Positions 18,659 through 18,688 of a DNA stretch of 18,688 nucleotides are shown here, in pieces. This stretch comes from a virus, in the IMG/VR virus record IMGVR_UViG_3300045988_169134, positions 1 through 18,688 of that record, one strand, 5' to 3'. Made by a program: the position numbers and the translations under genes. Each line of letters begins with the position of its first letter. Position 1 is the first letter of the stretch. The notes beneath the pieces were generated by a model. The model was not told the origin of the DNA. It saw only the letters and a program-made list of their open reading frames with translations, and made no database searches.

Positions 18659-18688
18659 CGTGCGCGCCCGCGCGCCCGTTTCCCAAAA

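Larger units (their letters stand above)
18202..18688. repeat. Right inverted terminal repeat (ITR), 487 bp
   Basis: Mirror copy of 1..487; same evidence as the left ITR. Confidence 0.95.

Noticed and set aside
1-18688. Reading the terminal inverted repeats as the ends of a transposon/IS or a linear plasmid rather than a phage genome.
   Set aside because: I saw no transposase or plasmid partition/replication genes. The content is a full virion, packaging and lysis gene set with terminal protein and protein-primed polymerase, which is the standard context for such ITRs.
1-18688. Search for tRNA genes, CRISPR arrays, integrase/repressor (lysogeny) genes and toxin-antitoxin or defence-system genes.
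   Set aside because: I found no cloverleaf-like sequences, no spaced direct-repeat arrays, and no products with recombinase, HTH-repressor or defence-domain signatures. The genome looks strictly lytic and fully occupied by the modules listed.

Overview
The window looks like a complete ~18.7-kb linear dsDNA genome of a small phi29-like, protein-primed podophage. The host is GC-rich and probably actinobacterial. The two window ends form a perfect 487-bp inverted terminal repeat (1..487 is the reverse complement of 18202..18688) that starts 5'-TTTT. The left arm (479..2595, plus strand) holds six small ORFan genes. They are driven by two homologous TTGAC-N18-TATACTGGATA promoter/leader modules, with a terminator after gene 1 and a bidirectional terminator at 2611..2641. 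Everything else (18210 down to 2645) is one minus-strand gene train. In transcription order it encodes two ORFans, a small basic protein, SSB, terminal protein and a protein-primed family-B DNA polymerase. These are followed by an acidic scaffold, a phi29 gp8-like capsid, a gp9-like tail knob, a gp10-like connector, a lower collar and two fibre/appendage proteins, one with an SGNH-like esterase domain. The train ends with a gp13-like tail lysin, a gp16-like packaging ATPase and a lysis cassette (membrane protein, NlpC/P60 endolysin, holin). I saw no integrase, repressor, tRNA or CRISPR. Homology calls come from by-eye alignment to phi29 protein sequences recalled from memory, not from any search. 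The main items for follow-up are listed here. (1) A 14-bp perfect palindrome, GTTTCACGTGAAAC, recurs four times; two copies are fused to GC hairpins and two lie inside coding sequence. (2) The ITR boundary lies 9 nt inside two unrelated genes, so each end supplies promoter, leader, RBS, ATG and the codons Met-Ser-Tyr. (3) An outward-facing promoter-like element lies 30-60 bp from each terminus. (4) Several exonuclease-site residues of the polymerase look replaced. (5) No pRNA is evident despite a phi29-type motor, and about 400 bp of structured non-coding ITR remains unexplained. (6) The ORFan early genes at both arms have no recognisable function.
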